Shown here one piece after another: positions 8,655-18,017 of a stretch of 64,000 nt of DNA. The notes below the pieces were generated by a model. It saw only the letters and a program-made list of their open reading frames with translations, did not search any database and was not told the origin of the DNA. The position numbers were made by a program, and so were the translations under genes. Source of the stretch: Candidatus Limnocylindrus sp. (GTDB lineage: Bacteria > Chloroflexota > Limnocylindria > Limnocylindrales > Limnocylindraceae); assembly GCA_040397175.1 (NCBI GenBank), contig JBBAWM010000003.1:159255-223254 (forward strand), in the 5' to 3' direction. How positions within the stretch are numbered: the first letter of the stretch is position 1; each line of letters opens with the position of its first letter.

Positions 8655-9362
8655 TTAGATCCCCTTCGGAACTGTTGGCCCGATCGCGCGCTCTGGCCAG
8701 TGGCCGCGGCGATCTTTTACCAACTGCTGCAACTTCATCATTCCGTAGATCAGACCCTCTGGGCGCGGCGGGCAGCCAGGAATATATACATCGACCGGCA
8801 TCACGCGATCGATTCCTTGGACCACGGAGTAGCTGCGCTTGTAGCGTCCGCCAGAGCAGGTGCAGTCGCCCATCGCAACGACCCATTTTGGTTCAGGCAT
8901 CTGCTCCCACAAGCGAATCAGTGGTTCGGCCATTTTTGTTGTCAGTGTTCCGGCAACGATCAACACGTCGGCCTGACGGGGGCTGGCGCGGAACGGGAAC
9001 ATGCCCCAGCGGTCGATGTCGTTCTTCGGTGTTGCGGTCGACATCATCTCAATTGCGCAGCAGGCGAGACCAGAGAGCAGTGGCCACAAGCTGTTTGCGC
9101 GAATCAGATCGAGTACGACGTCGGCCTTCGTTGGAATCGCTGCGAGGGCACCGCCCCAGCGCGCATCATCGACACGACCGTCACCGGTTGCGTCGTAGCG
9201 CGCGAGCTCAAGATTTGGATGCGCCTCGAGTGGTAGCCCGCCGTACGCGCGTGGATCATCGGTGCTCCACAGTGTGTTGCCAACGGTTGCCGGCGACTGA
9301 ATGCTGCCGTCTGGCTGCACTTCAGGCAGGTTGCTGAACTTTGGGTCGCGCGTTATCGCCAT
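8655..9362 (-). CDS. nuoB: NADH-quinone oxidoreductase subunit B
   Basis: [32 protein letters not shown] and [13 protein letters not shown] supply the N2 ligands. Start taken at MAITRD. Confidence 0.96.
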   Translation of the reverse strand: MAITRDPKFSNLPEVQPDGSIQSPATVGNTLWSTDDPRAYGGLPLEAHPNLELARYDATGDGRVDDARWGGALAAIPTKADVVLDLIRANSLWPLLSGLACCAIEMMSTATPKNDIDRWGMFPFRASPRQADVLIVAGTLTTKMAEPLIRLWEQMPEPKWVVAMGDCTCSGGRYKRSYSVVQGIDRVMPVDVYIPGCPPRPEGLIYGMMKLQQLVKDRRGHWPERAIGPTVPKGI

Positions 9363-9709
9363 GAGAGGACCCCCTTGCGCCATGCATGCGCGAGGCCAAC
9401 AAGGAGCACGCCGATGAAGATCGCCATGGAGATCAGGCCGTCCATCAAGAGCACCTTGAAGTTCAGTGCCCAGATGTAGATGAAGACGATCTCAACGTCG
9501 AAGGCGACGAAAAGGAGTGCGTACAGATAGAAGGAGAGACCGAAGCGCCCGTGCGTGTCGCCGTACGTGTCGATGCCAGACTCGTAGGGGACCTGCTTGC
9601 CGCGGCTGCCGCGCGTGCGGTGGGAGATCAGCCAAGCGAGGCCGATGGTAAGGAACACGAAGGAAGCACCTGCGCCTGCGAAACCGAGGACGTACCAGAG
9701 TCCGGTCAT
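9353..9709 (-). CDS. nuoA: NADH-quinone oxidoreductase subunit A
   Basis: [25 protein letters not shown] and AWRKGVLSW motifs; GGGAG RBS. Confidence 0.96.
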   Translation of the reverse strand: MTGLWYVLGFAGAGASFVFLTIGLAWLISHRTRGSRGKQVPYESGIDTYGDTHGRFGLSFYLYALLFVAFDVEIVFIYIWALNFKVLLMDGLISMAIFIGVLLVGLAHAWRKGVLSWR

Positions 9710-9778
9710 GAAACTCCCCCGTTCGATCCATCGCCCCGGCGCGTACCCCGTAGCGGGGGCTCGGGTGGCTACGCCCAG

Positions 9779-9784
9779 ATTCTA
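9779..9784 (-). promoter_or_regulatory. Candidate -10 box (TAGAAT) for the nuo operon, overlapping the stop codon of the upstream methyltransferase
   Basis: TAGAAT about 70 nt upstream of the nuoA ATG; no clear -35. Confidence 0.45.
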
Positions 9785-10963
9785 GACGAGGGGGCGATTC
9801 GGAGCCGCCGTTCCTGGGAGTGGCGATGTGGGGTCGGCGAGGGCATTTGCCCCTGGGGAACGCCCCGCCACAAACAGTTCCACGGCAAATCCGCCCATGC
9901 GGCGAGGATCCATCAGTTGGGCGAGTGCGGAGCGTAGGGCGATCGCCGCCTCAAGGGTTGCCGTCGGCCCGGTGCGGGTTCGGGCTACCTCGCCGTCGAC
10001 CCCCGCCGTTGCGAGAAACCTGGCCTGGTTCGTGCTGGACACGTGGCGGAGCCCACCTCGTTCCGCCGCAGCCCGAAGCAGGGTGAGGTCCACATGGGCG
10101 GTCAGGTCGCGGCCCCCCGGCTCGCCGAGGAGGTCGGCGGTTGCTCGGTGCCCCTGGTAGGCGAGGGCGGTACCGGCCATTCGGCTGGCGGGGTCCCGCA
10201 GGGTAGCCCCCTCACGGCCGTAATCAAGCACGAGGACGACCCCCTCGGTGAGCTCGCCCCCGAGCGTGGCGGCCCAGTCGGCCGTGGCTGGCGAGATCTC
10301 GGCGAGCTGCCCTTCGGCGAGCGGCGGCCAGCCAGCCATCAGGGAGGCGAGCCGCTCGGCGACCTCTGGGTCAGGGGCCACTTCAATCCACGTGAGGGCA
10401 TTTGTTACAGGATCAACGGCCACGCGACGCTCGGCGAAGCCGCCCGGGGCGGCGGCGCGGCCGACCACGATGTGAAAAGGGAGGGCGTCGGCAAACTCAT
10501 TGGCGACCACGATCCCTGCGGCGGGTGGGCTGCTCGCTGCGATGAGCGGCGGCCCCCCACCGGGTCGGGCCCCCAGTGCCGCCGTCAGGTCGGCCAGGCG
10601 GTATGGATTCGCCTCGCTCACCGAGACCTCCAGCACATCCAGTAGGGGGTGCCCTTCGCGGGCGAGGTGGTCGAGTGCTGCCAGCAGCAGGGTCCCCTCG
10701 CCAGCGCCGTACTCACGCCAGCGAAACTGCGTCGGCCGACCGAGCCGATCCCATGTTGCGGCGGCGAGTTGGGCGATGGCGACGCCAAGGAGTGGGTGCA
10801 GCTCTGGCGCGGTCATGAAGTCGCCGCTGCGGCCAGCCCGACGCTGCACCGTTGCGTAGTAGCCGAGCTCGGGCTCAAGGAGGGCGCGCTCCATGAAGCG
10901 CGCAAAGCTGATGGAGCCCTGCCGTTGGGCCTCTTCACGAATGAGCCGTTCGACCTCTTCCAT
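9782..10963 (-). CDS. MidA/NDUFAF7-family SAM-dependent methyltransferase
   Basis: ISFARFMERAL..GYY..GRSGDFMTAPE, EYGAGEG, ANEFADALP, LDYG, PGGRDLTAHVD and RMGGF are MidA-family hallmarks. Start at MEEVERL. Confidence 0.88.
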   Translation of the reverse strand: MEEVERLIREEAQRQGSISFARFMERALLEPELGYYATVQRRAGRSGDFMTAPELHPLLGVAIAQLAAATWDRLGRPTQFRWREYGAGEGTLLLAALDHLAREGHPLLDVLEVSVSEANPYRLADLTAALGARPGGGPPLIAASSPPAAGIVVANEFADALPFHIVVGRAAAPGGFAERRVAVDPVTNALTWIEVAPDPEVAERLASLMAGWPPLAEGQLAEISPATADWAATLGGELTEGVVLVLDYGREGATLRDPASRMAGTALAYQGHRATADLLGEPGGRDLTAHVDLTLLRAAAERGGLRHVSSTNQARFLATAGVDGEVARTRTGPTATLEAAIALRSALAQLMDPRRMGGFAVELFVAGRSPGANALADPTSPLPGTAAPNRPLV

Positions 10964-10970
10964 GCAGTAG

Positions 10971-10990
10971 ATCCTACGCGGCGCTACCGT
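10971..10990. promoter_or_regulatory. Back-to-back leaderless-type -10 boxes: TAGGAT (minus) and TACCGT (plus)
   Basis: Each TANNNT hexamer lies 7 nt upstream of the ATG of its divergent gene (10963 minus, 10998 plus); no SD is present. Confidence 0.55.
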
Positions 10991-10997
10991 CGGGCAC

Positions 10998-11588
10998 ATG
11001 CGTGACCTCGTTGTACACCTAGGGATCGGGGCAAACCTTGACGACCCTGTGGCCACACTCGCCGAGGCGGTCGTTGCGCTCGCGCACATTCCGGGCTGGA
11101 GCCTTGAGCAGGTCTCACCGCTCTATCGCACCACCCCAGTCGGACTTGTTGATCAACCGGAGTTCTTCAATGCCGCGATTCGTCTGCGCGTTGCACTACC
11201 CGACGAGCCAGCTGCGGCGGCGGTTGAGGTGCTCGTGCGCGTGAAAGAACTCGAACGCCTCTTCGGGCGAGTGCCAACAGTACGGTTCGGACCGCGCCGT
11301 CTCGACATTGACATCATCGCTATGGAGAACATCGCGGTCGTGCATCCGCGCCCACTCGGCACAGAGCCAGATGGCGCCGATAGCGATCGGCCCCTCGTTG
11401 TTCCACATTCTGCGGCAACCGAACGCCTCTTTGTCTTAGCGCCACTCGCCGACATTTCACCAACGCTCAAGGCACCAGGCTGGTCGGGAACAGCGCGTGA
11501 ACTGCGTGATGTACAACGAGGTCGTGAGGGCGATGCGGCGGCGCTCTGCGTTGGCGCGTGGGACCAGGCGGCGCTGCGCTGGGTGTAG
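10998..11588 (+). CDS. folK: 2-amino-4-hydroxy-6-hydroxymethyldihydropteridine diphosphokinase
   Basis: LGIGANL, SPLYRTTPVG..DQPEFFNA, FGPRRLDIDI and PH...ERLFVLAPL motifs. Confidence 0.93.
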   Translation: MRDLVVHLGIGANLDDPVATLAEAVVALAHIPGWSLEQVSPLYRTTPVGLVDQPEFFNAAIRLRVALPDEPAAAAVEVLVRVKELERLFGRVPTVRFGPRRLDIDIIAMENIAVVHPRPLGTEPDGADSDRPLVVPHSAATERLFVLAPLADISPTLKAPGWSGTARELRDVQRGREGDAAALCVGAWDQAALRWV

Positions 11589-11592
11589 CGCG

Positions 11593-12975
11593 TTAGCGGC
11601 GGTAGTGCCGCCGGCCAGTGAACACCATGGCGATGCCGTGACGATCGGCGATCTCAATCGCCGCCGCATCACGACGTGAGCCGCCCGGTTGAACAATGGC
11701 GGTGACGCCAGCTGCCGCGGCTGCGGCTATGCCCTCGGCAAATGGGAAGTACGCATCGCTTGCGAGCACTGCGCCGCGTGCGCGCTCCCCCGCCTGGTTG
11801 AGTGCAATGTCAACGGCAACGCGCCGGTTCACCTGGGCCGCACCAATGCCAAGCGTCGTAGCGCCGCGCGCAATTACGATCGCGTTTGATCGAACATGTC
11901 GAACGACGCGCCATGAGAAGAGGAGGTCGGTGAGTTCGTCGAGCGTTGGGCGACGTTCGGTGACGACACGTAGTTGCGAGCGTTCAATGTTTCCCGTGTC
12001 GGCAGTTTGTAAGAGCACTGCACCACTGACGCCGATCATGTCGAACGCTGTCGCACAATGTGAAGGGTCGATCACCACGCTCAGATCTGGCCGCGTGCGC
12101 AGCGTCTCTGTAGCGCCATCATCCGCAAGGGCTGGCGCGAGCACCGATTCGAATGTTCCCGCGGCAATCACCGCCGCAACGCCACGATCAATCGGAACGT
12201 TCAGCACGATCGTTGAACCGGAGCTGGCCGCTGGATCTGTCTCAATTGCGCGAGTGAGCGCGCCAAGCGCTGTTTCGGCGGTTGCCACACCGATTGGGTC
12301 CGTGTGACGAATCAACGCAACACTTGGCGTTGGTAGGTCGGCAACGAGGCGTGCGCCAGCGTCAAGGTCGAGGAGGTCGTTGAGGCTTGGCTCTTGCCCT
12401 TGCAACACTCGGGCGCCCATGATCCCCGCGGCGGCGCTGTGCACGCGTCGGTATGCCGCTGCGGCCTGATGCTGATTCTCGCCGTGCCCGAAGGTGCGAA
12501 TGCGCTCCAGCACGATCACGTCGCGAGCGGGCATCCCACTCTCGCTGTCGCGCGCCAGCGGGGCAACATGCGCCGCGATGGCGAGTGCCGCTGCTCGACG
12601 CAACTCGCCTCGTACTGCGGCAAGGTTCCCTGCGGGTCCAAGGTCGGAGGCGAGGTCACCGGTTGCCGTTGGGTCGACGACGATCAGTGGCCCGCTGTCC
12701 GCGGCAAGGAGCGCGCGCGTGATGGCGAGGATCGTCGCGGGTGGCGCCTCGGCCCCCGCTGGCGCGATCAGGAGGTCGGCGCTGGTGAGGCTTGCCGCTG
12801 CCCCGTCAAGCGACGCCGCGTCGGCATGTTCAGTGACGCTGATCCGCTCGGCCCGAAGGTGCGGGGTGGCCGGGCCGGCTTCGATCGTGGCCCCACGGGC
12901 GGCAAGGGTCGCCAGGAACGGCGTCAGCCCCGCCAGGGCGGGACTCTCGGGGGAGATCAATAGAAGGACGCGCAT
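11593..12975 (-). CDS. purH: PurH-like protein; AICAR transformylase-type C-domain recognisable, IMP-cyclohydrolase N-domain degenerate
   Basis: GENQHQ, SLNDLLDLD, RHVRSNAIV, ASDAYFPF, QPGGS and FTGRRHY are present. GRVKTLHP and IDIGG are absent. AGGAG RBS before MRVLLLIS. Confidence 0.7.
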   Translation of the reverse strand: MRVLLLISPESPALAGLTPFLATLAARGATIEAGPATPHLRAERISVTEHADAASLDGAAASLTSADLLIAPAGAEAPPATILAITRALLAADSGPLIVVDPTATGDLASDLGPAGNLAAVRGELRRAAALAIAAHVAPLARDSESGMPARDVIVLERIRTFGHGENQHQAAAAYRRVHSAAAGIMGARVLQGQEPSLNDLLDLDAGARLVADLPTPSVALIRHTDPIGVATAETALGALTRAIETDPAASSGSTIVLNVPIDRGVAAVIAAGTFESVLAPALADDGATETLRTRPDLSVVIDPSHCATAFDMIGVSGAVLLQTADTGNIERSQLRVVTERRPTLDELTDLLFSWRVVRHVRSNAIVIARGATTLGIGAAQVNRRVAVDIALNQAGERARGAVLASDAYFPFAEGIAAAAAAGVTAIVQPGGSRRDAAAIEIADRHGIAMVFTGRRHYRR

Positions 12976-13057
12976 GCTCCTGATGGTGGCATACTCGCTC
13001 ACACAAACCCAGACGCTGTTGTGCTGGGTGAACTAAAACCTAGCGAGTGAGGACAAG

Positions 13058-13471
13058 ATGTTTCGTTGGCCTTGGGAGTATCTCTTCACCGTCCTGAACG
13101 CCGATCTTGGAACGTTCTACACACCGTTCTGGATTGCAAACCTCGTGCTCTTCCTTGCAACGATCCTGGTCTACTCGTTCGCGACCCGCGGCAGCCGCGG
13201 CCGTGGGGTCATCGGCGACGAGTGGGAGTACATCCTGTGGATCAGCCTCGGCACCTTTGGAATGAACCTGGTCTACGCCGCGTTCCAGTGGTACGGCCTC
13301 TTCCCCATTGCGACCACCCTCGTTGGGCTCCTCGCCCTCCGCGATACCGTCACGAAGCGCTTCCCCCCACTCCTCGCCGCGGAGGCTGATCATGCCGCAC
13401 TCCTGCGCACGCGTCGCCAGGTGGCCGACGGTGTTGAGGCGACCATTCGCCCAGCCAACCGTCGCGGATAG
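13058..13471 (+). CDS. Hypothetical membrane protein (about 3 TM)
   Basis: GAGGA RBS; hydrophobic aromatic-rich helices and a basic C-terminus. Confidence 0.75.
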   Translation: MFRWPWEYLFTVLNADLGTFYTPFWIANLVLFLATILVYSFATRGSRGRGVIGDEWEYILWISLGTFGMNLVYAAFQWYGLFPIATTLVGLLALRDTVTKRFPPLLAAEADHAALLRTRRQVADGVEATIRPANRRG

Positions 13472-13507
13472 CCCTTTAGTGTGCGCAGCTGCGCACGGCA
13501 CGAGTGC

Positions 13508-13888
13508 ATGAACATCCGCAGGTTTGGCCCCGGCCATCGTCGTGCAGACCGCGCTGCGGGCTCACAAGGCGTTCTCAGTAGCGCGATCTTCTCGAACGAC
13601 GTTGCGCAAATTACGGAATTCACCGTCACGCCCGGTGGCACGTACGGCCCACTTCGTAGTGCTGGTGATGTGGTTCTCGTCGTGATTGAGGGGGGCGGCT
13701 GGATCACCGCGCGTGAAACGCAGGTGCATCTTGCCGCCGGTGAGTCGCTGCACCTTGAACGACTAACGCCCTATAGCGTGGCGGCTCGTGAGTTGCCGCT
13801 ACGCGCGATCCTCATCGAACTTACTTCGCACGACCTTGCCGAGCCGGCTCGCACCATAGGCGCCAGCGGCGGCGGCGAGCAGGAGTAG
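13508..13888 (+). CDS. Cupin-fold protein
   Basis: VLVVIEGGGWI...VHLAAGESLHL...YSVAA pattern; the His metal ligands are not evident. Confidence 0.65.
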   Translation: MNIRRFGPGHRRADRAAGSQGVLSSAIFSNDVAQITEFTVTPGGTYGPLRSAGDVVLVVIEGGGWITARETQVHLAAGESLHLERLTPYSVAARELPLRAILIELTSHDLAEPARTIGASGGGEQE

Positions 13889-16800
13889 CGCACCAACGAC
13901 GAGCGTCGCGCTACTGACGAGCGCGGTTTCGCCGGGCTTCTCGAGCGTGACTCCAAATTGGAATGGCCATGTCCATGTTGGCAATACGCCCTGATACCAA
14001 TTGTGTATGCCGGTAGGGAGTGGCAGCGCCGACCAATTCGGATACCAGATGAGTGCGATAGTGGCGATGCTACCGAGTGCGACGGCGAAGATGCGACGTG
14101 GGTCACGTGCGCTGAGGATGGACCATGCCGCCACCGTTGCAGGCACGAGCGCAATCGCGCCGATGAGTGGGCCCGGTGTGCCAAATCCTCCAGAGAGACA
14201 GACCTGACTCTCGGGATACACGCTGGCGACACCTGCGAGTGCGCAGAGTGCACCTGTTCCCATCCAGAGCACCGGCGCAGCGAGGACCGCGCAAGCCCCA
14301 CCAACCCTCACGATGTGCGCAGCGCGCGGCGATCCTGCACGTAGATCGGCCAACAGAAGGGCGAGCCCTATCAGTGCAATCTGTGATGTTGGGTAGTAGT
14401 GATATTGGAATGCGGCACGATCGATACGCGCCCACGGTAGCCAAAGGGCAAGTCCGAGCACGAGGACCGAGGTGAGGCCCCAGCTTCTTCGGCGCCACGC
14501 TTCTGCTGCAAGCCAGAGCGCGCCGCCAATGCTGAGGATGCGCGAGAGCACGTTCCCGCCGTCATACACCGCGGCGGTCCAGGAGCCGCCACCGGCGGCA
14601 AAACTCGATTGGAAGAACCAGACCGGCTTTAAGTCGAGTGGCCACGCCCACCAGGGTGAGCTGGCGGCATGCGCAACGCGAAGGGTGTCGTGATAGCGAT
14701 ACATCGACGACGTGAGGTCGGCGAGCGTCTGCCCCGCGTTGCCGATCGGCCACCCCGCAACGATCTGGTTGCCGAGCGCGGCCCACGGCAGGTAGCTCGC
14801 GATATAGATACCAACAGGGAGAGCCGCGAGCGTAAAGAAGACGAGTGTTGCCTCACCTGGAAGGGAGAGGAGGGCGAGAAGCGAGCGTGGCGTTGCATCG
14901 CGTCGCGAGATGCCGCCGGCGCGAACGGTGGCGGCTCCCGTCGCCGCGAGGAGGACCACCATGACAGCGAAAAACGGCAGGTTTGGGATACGTGTGGAGC
15001 CGTCGACGACCGCGAGTGCCGGCGGAATTAAGGCGCCACCGAGCAGGGCGAGCCCACCCACAACCAAGAGTCGCCCGGGCGCCGTCCGCGCGAGCCACAT
15101 GATTCCGAGACCGAAAATGCCGTAGAGGGCCACCCACTTGCTCGCAAGGGCACCGCCGAGCAGAAGTCCAGCGCCGATGAGAAGGAGCCCCCCAAGAAGG
15201 GCGCCGCGCACGCGGCCCTGGAGCCACGCCACGAAGGCGACCGCGCCGCCGAGTAAGAGGGCAAGAAGGTACACATCGTTCATGCCGATACGGCTCTGCA
15301 CGAACCCCGCACCATCCAGGAGGGCGAGCACGCCGACCAAGGCAGCGACGTCGCGGCGCTCAGTGAGGAGTCGCGCCAAGAGAACCAAGAGGGCTGCGGC
15401 GAGCGCGCCAGCGATCACCCCTGGCCAGCGCCAGCCGGCCGCAAGGTCACCAACGTTCACCTGCGCCATTGCGCCCGATGGCGCGGCGAGTAGCAGCTCT
15501 CCGCTGCCACCATCTGCGCGTTCGCCAGAACCATCAAGTGCCGCACCGCTCGAACCGAGTGTCAGCGCATCGATTCCCACCGCGACATCAGCAAAACGCG
15601 CGTTGCCGTTGGGCTCTATGGTCCACAGCGATGCGCCGGCATCGTTCGGTCCAGGTGCCACCACGTGCACCATGCGGCTCGCGTCGCTCGGCACGATCGC
15701 CGTGGCACCCGGAATGGTGATCTGCGAAAGCAGGGTCGTGCTCTCGCCCCCAGCGACATAGACAAGCACCGCGTCACGCCCCGCAACATAGAGGCGAGGC
15801 GCGTCGAACCAGCTAACAGCGACAACAGCGCCTGCTCCTCCGTCAATCGACAGGAGTTGCGGGCGAGACAAGTCGTGCGCCGCATAGCTCGTGAGGCCAG
15901 CGCTACTCGTGACGAACAACACCTCGTCACCCTTTACCGTCACTGCAACAGCAGTTGAGCCACCGGTAAGCGGCGCGCTTGAGAGCAGAACCCCGTCACG
16001 AAGGATCTCAACTCGATCACGTCGAACGAGTGCGACACGATCGTCAGCCAGCGGCGCAATGCCGTACACCGCACCTCCTGTGGACGCCCAGGTGCGTAGG
16101 CCAATCGCACCGCCCGCTGTTGCCGTTTCTGGGTCAACTGAAAAGATCGTGCCGTCTCCCGTCGCCCCCCAAAGAGCACCGTCGTGCGCTGCAACAAGGT
16201 GCAAGACGTCGCGCACTGGGAGCGCGCCGACCACCGCTCGACTTGACGCATCAATCACGCTGATCTCGTTGGGACCCGCAATCCATATCCGCCCTGGGTA
16301 GCGCGCACCTTCGGGCCGTGCGGCGATTGCGCCAATACTCGTTGGGTATGTCGTGTGCGCATCGACGCGCGGGGCGCCGAACACTTCAATTCCAAGGGCG
16401 ATGAGGTACTTCGCGAGATGTGGATGTGTGTATTCGTAGATCGCATGCGGTTCGCCGTACTTCCAATCTTGCATGAACTCTGTTGCGGTACGCACGTGAT
16501 ACACCTCATCAAACTGGAAGTGTGTCGGTTCACCAACACGCCATCCACGGAGCGAGAGTGCGCTAATGGTCACGAGAACCAATAGCCAGAGGTCTATCCG
16601 CGTTAGTGCTCGGCGGGGTTCGGGCTTCGCTGCAACAACCCGTCTCGGCACGGCGTCCACTCGTTTGCGTTGCGGTGCGGCTGTTCGCTGGCGCCCGCTT
16701 CGCGATTCGGACGTGTGTGCCAGCCATACGGCACCAACCAGCGTTGCAGTGATCGCAGCGGCAACGAGCGTCACGGCGACTGGTGTGTGCAGCGCATCGG

Positions 16801-17983
16801 TAATGGCGCCGAGGTTTGGAAGACCCTCGTTCTGAAAGTAGGCGATGGTGAGTACACCCCAACTATTGGCTAGGAAGGCGAGAGAGGTTGCGAGCGCAAT
16901 CCAGCGCCAGGCGGGTCGAGCTGCGGCCAGCGCGATCGTGAGAGGAATTGCGGGGAAGAGATATCGCTCGTGCACGCGCGTCGGGAGGACAAAGAATGCA
17001 ATGGCGAGGATTGCGGCCGCGGTCACGGTTCGAAGCGCGGTGTCGCGTCGCACGTATCGCATGGCAGCAAGGACGGCGGCGGCGATTGCGGCGGTGCCGA
17101 TTGCCACACCGGGGATGCCGATCAGCGGGAGCGGGTCGACGTCGGATGCCCACCCAGTTGCATCAGCGACTGCTCGTCCTCCGACCGCGACGAGTGCCCA
17201 CGGGTTCCACGCATTCACCGAGAGGTACGGATAGCCGCCGGCCGCCTCAGCGATCTTGGTTAATACGTCGGGGAGCGTGAGTCCAAACGGTAGAGCGGCG
17301 ATGGCGATGGTGGCTGCACCAGCGAGACCCGCGACAACGAAGGCCCATGGTTCGCGCGCCGATCGCGCCCGCACGAAGGCGACGACGCCAATGATCGGAA
17401 TCAAGATGCCGAACTGCGGCTTCAGCACCGCAGCGAGGGCGGCGAGGATCGCACCCTGAACGGTCTTACCCCTGATGAGTGCTGAGAGCGCAAAGAGGAT
17501 GGTGACCGTTCCAACGGCGTCAACTTGCCCCCACACGGCCGAGTCGAGCCAAACCATCGGTCCGATCGCCATCACAACCGCGGCGACGAGCTGGCTTCGG
17601 CGCGATGCGCCCAAATCGGCGGCGAGCCGGACGGTTGCAAGCACGAGCAGCCCATCCGCAAGGATTGCTGGAAGCTTGATTAGTGCCCCTGGGTCAGTGC
17701 TACCGGTCACGAGTGCGCTCAGCGAACCGAGCGCCCAGAGGATCCATAAGTAACCGGGGAGATAGTCCACATAGATTCCCCGCGTGTAGAAGCCCCACGG
17801 CCCTCGGCTCGCTAATTCAGAGGCCCACGCTCGGAATGAGTGTAGGTCTGCGCTAAATCCTGCCTCTGGGGGGAGTGCCGCGTATGCGATGATCAGCCGC
17901 AAGAGAACGCCGAGCGCAGCGATCAGCGCAATTGTGCGGAGGTTGACCGGTTCGGCTGATCGACGGGTCGTCTGAGAGGTCAT
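13799..17983 (-). CDS. Large membrane glycosyltransferase: N-terminal GT-C domain plus a PMT-like (GT39) protein O-mannosyltransferase carrying an inserted beta-rich domain
   Basis: N-part DYLPGY, DSAVWGQVD and LPTRVHERYLFP. PMT part FDEVYH..HPHLAKYLIALG, QSRIGMND, ASKW, HAASSPWWAWPLDLKPVW and FQYHYYP. Confidence 0.85.
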   Translation of the reverse strand: MTSQTTRRSAEPVNLRTIALIAALGVLLRLIIAYAALPPEAGFSADLHSFRAWASELASRGPWGFYTRGIYVDYLPGYLWILWALGSLSALVTGSTDPGALIKLPAILADGLLVLATVRLAADLGASRRSQLVAAVVMAIGPMVWLDSAVWGQVDAVGTVTILFALSALIRGKTVQGAILAALAAVLKPQFGILIPIIGVVAFVRARSAREPWAFVVAGLAGAATIAIAALPFGLTLPDVLTKIAEAAGGYPYLSVNAWNPWALVAVGGRAVADATGWASDVDPLPLIGIPGVAIGTAAIAAAVLAAMRYVRRDTALRTVTAAAILAIAFFVLPTRVHERYLFPAIPLTIALAAARPAWRWIALATSLAFLANSWGVLTIAYFQNEGLPNLGAITDALHTPVAVTLVAAAITATLVGAVWLAHTSESRSGRQRTAAPQRKRVDAVPRRVVAAKPEPRRALTRIDLWLLVLVTISALSLRGWRVGEPTHFQFDEVYHVRTATEFMQDWKYGEPHAIYEYTHPHLAKYLIALGIEVFGAPRVDAHTTYPTSIGAIAARPEGARYPGRIWIAGPNEISVIDASSRAVVGALPVRDVLHLVAAHDGALWGATGDGTIFSVDPETATAGGAIGLRTWASTGGAVYGIAPLADDRVALVRRDRVEILRDGVLLSSAPLTGGSTAVAVTVKGDEVLFVTSSAGLTSYAAHDLSRPQLLSIDGGAGAVVAVSWFDAPRLYVAGRDAVLVYVAGGESTTLLSQITIPGATAIVPSDASRMVHVVAPGPNDAGASLWTIEPNGNARFADVAVGIDALTLGSSGAALDGSGERADGGSGELLLAAPSGAMAQVNVGDLAAGWRWPGVIAGALAAALLVLLARLLTERRDVAALVGVLALLDGAGFVQSRIGMNDVYLLALLLGGAVAFVAWLQGRVRGALLGGLLLIGAGLLLGGALASKWVALYGIFGLGIMWLARTAPGRLLVVGGLALLGGALIPPALAVVDGSTRIPNLPFFAVMVVLLAATGAATVRAGGISRRDATPRSLLALLSLPGEATLVFFTLAALPVGIYIASYLPWAALGNQIVAGWPIGNAGQTLADLTSSMYRYHDTLRVAHAASSPWWAWPLDLKPVWFFQSSFAAGGGSWTAAVYDGGNVLSRILSIGGALWLAAEAWRRRSWGLTSVLVLGLALWLPWARIDRAAFQYHYYPTSQIALIGLALLLADLRAGSPRAAHIVRVGGACAVLAAPVLWMGTGALCALAGVASVYPESQVCLSGGFGTPGPLIGAIALVPATVAAWSILSARDPRRIFAVALGSIATIALIWYPNWSALPLPTGIHNWYQGVLPTWTWPFQFGVTLEKPGETALVSSATLVVGALLLLAAAAGAYGASRLGKVVRSKFDEDRA

Positions 17984-18017
17984 CTGCCGAGTGTAGCCGT
18001 GAAGGGGGTTGCGGAAG

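Noticed and set aside
13481-13496. Perfect 16-bp palindrome GTGCGCAGCTGCGCAC upstream of the cupin gene
   Set aside because: It is a single GC-rich occurrence with no second copy noticed and no known regulator match, so it cannot be distinguished from chance.
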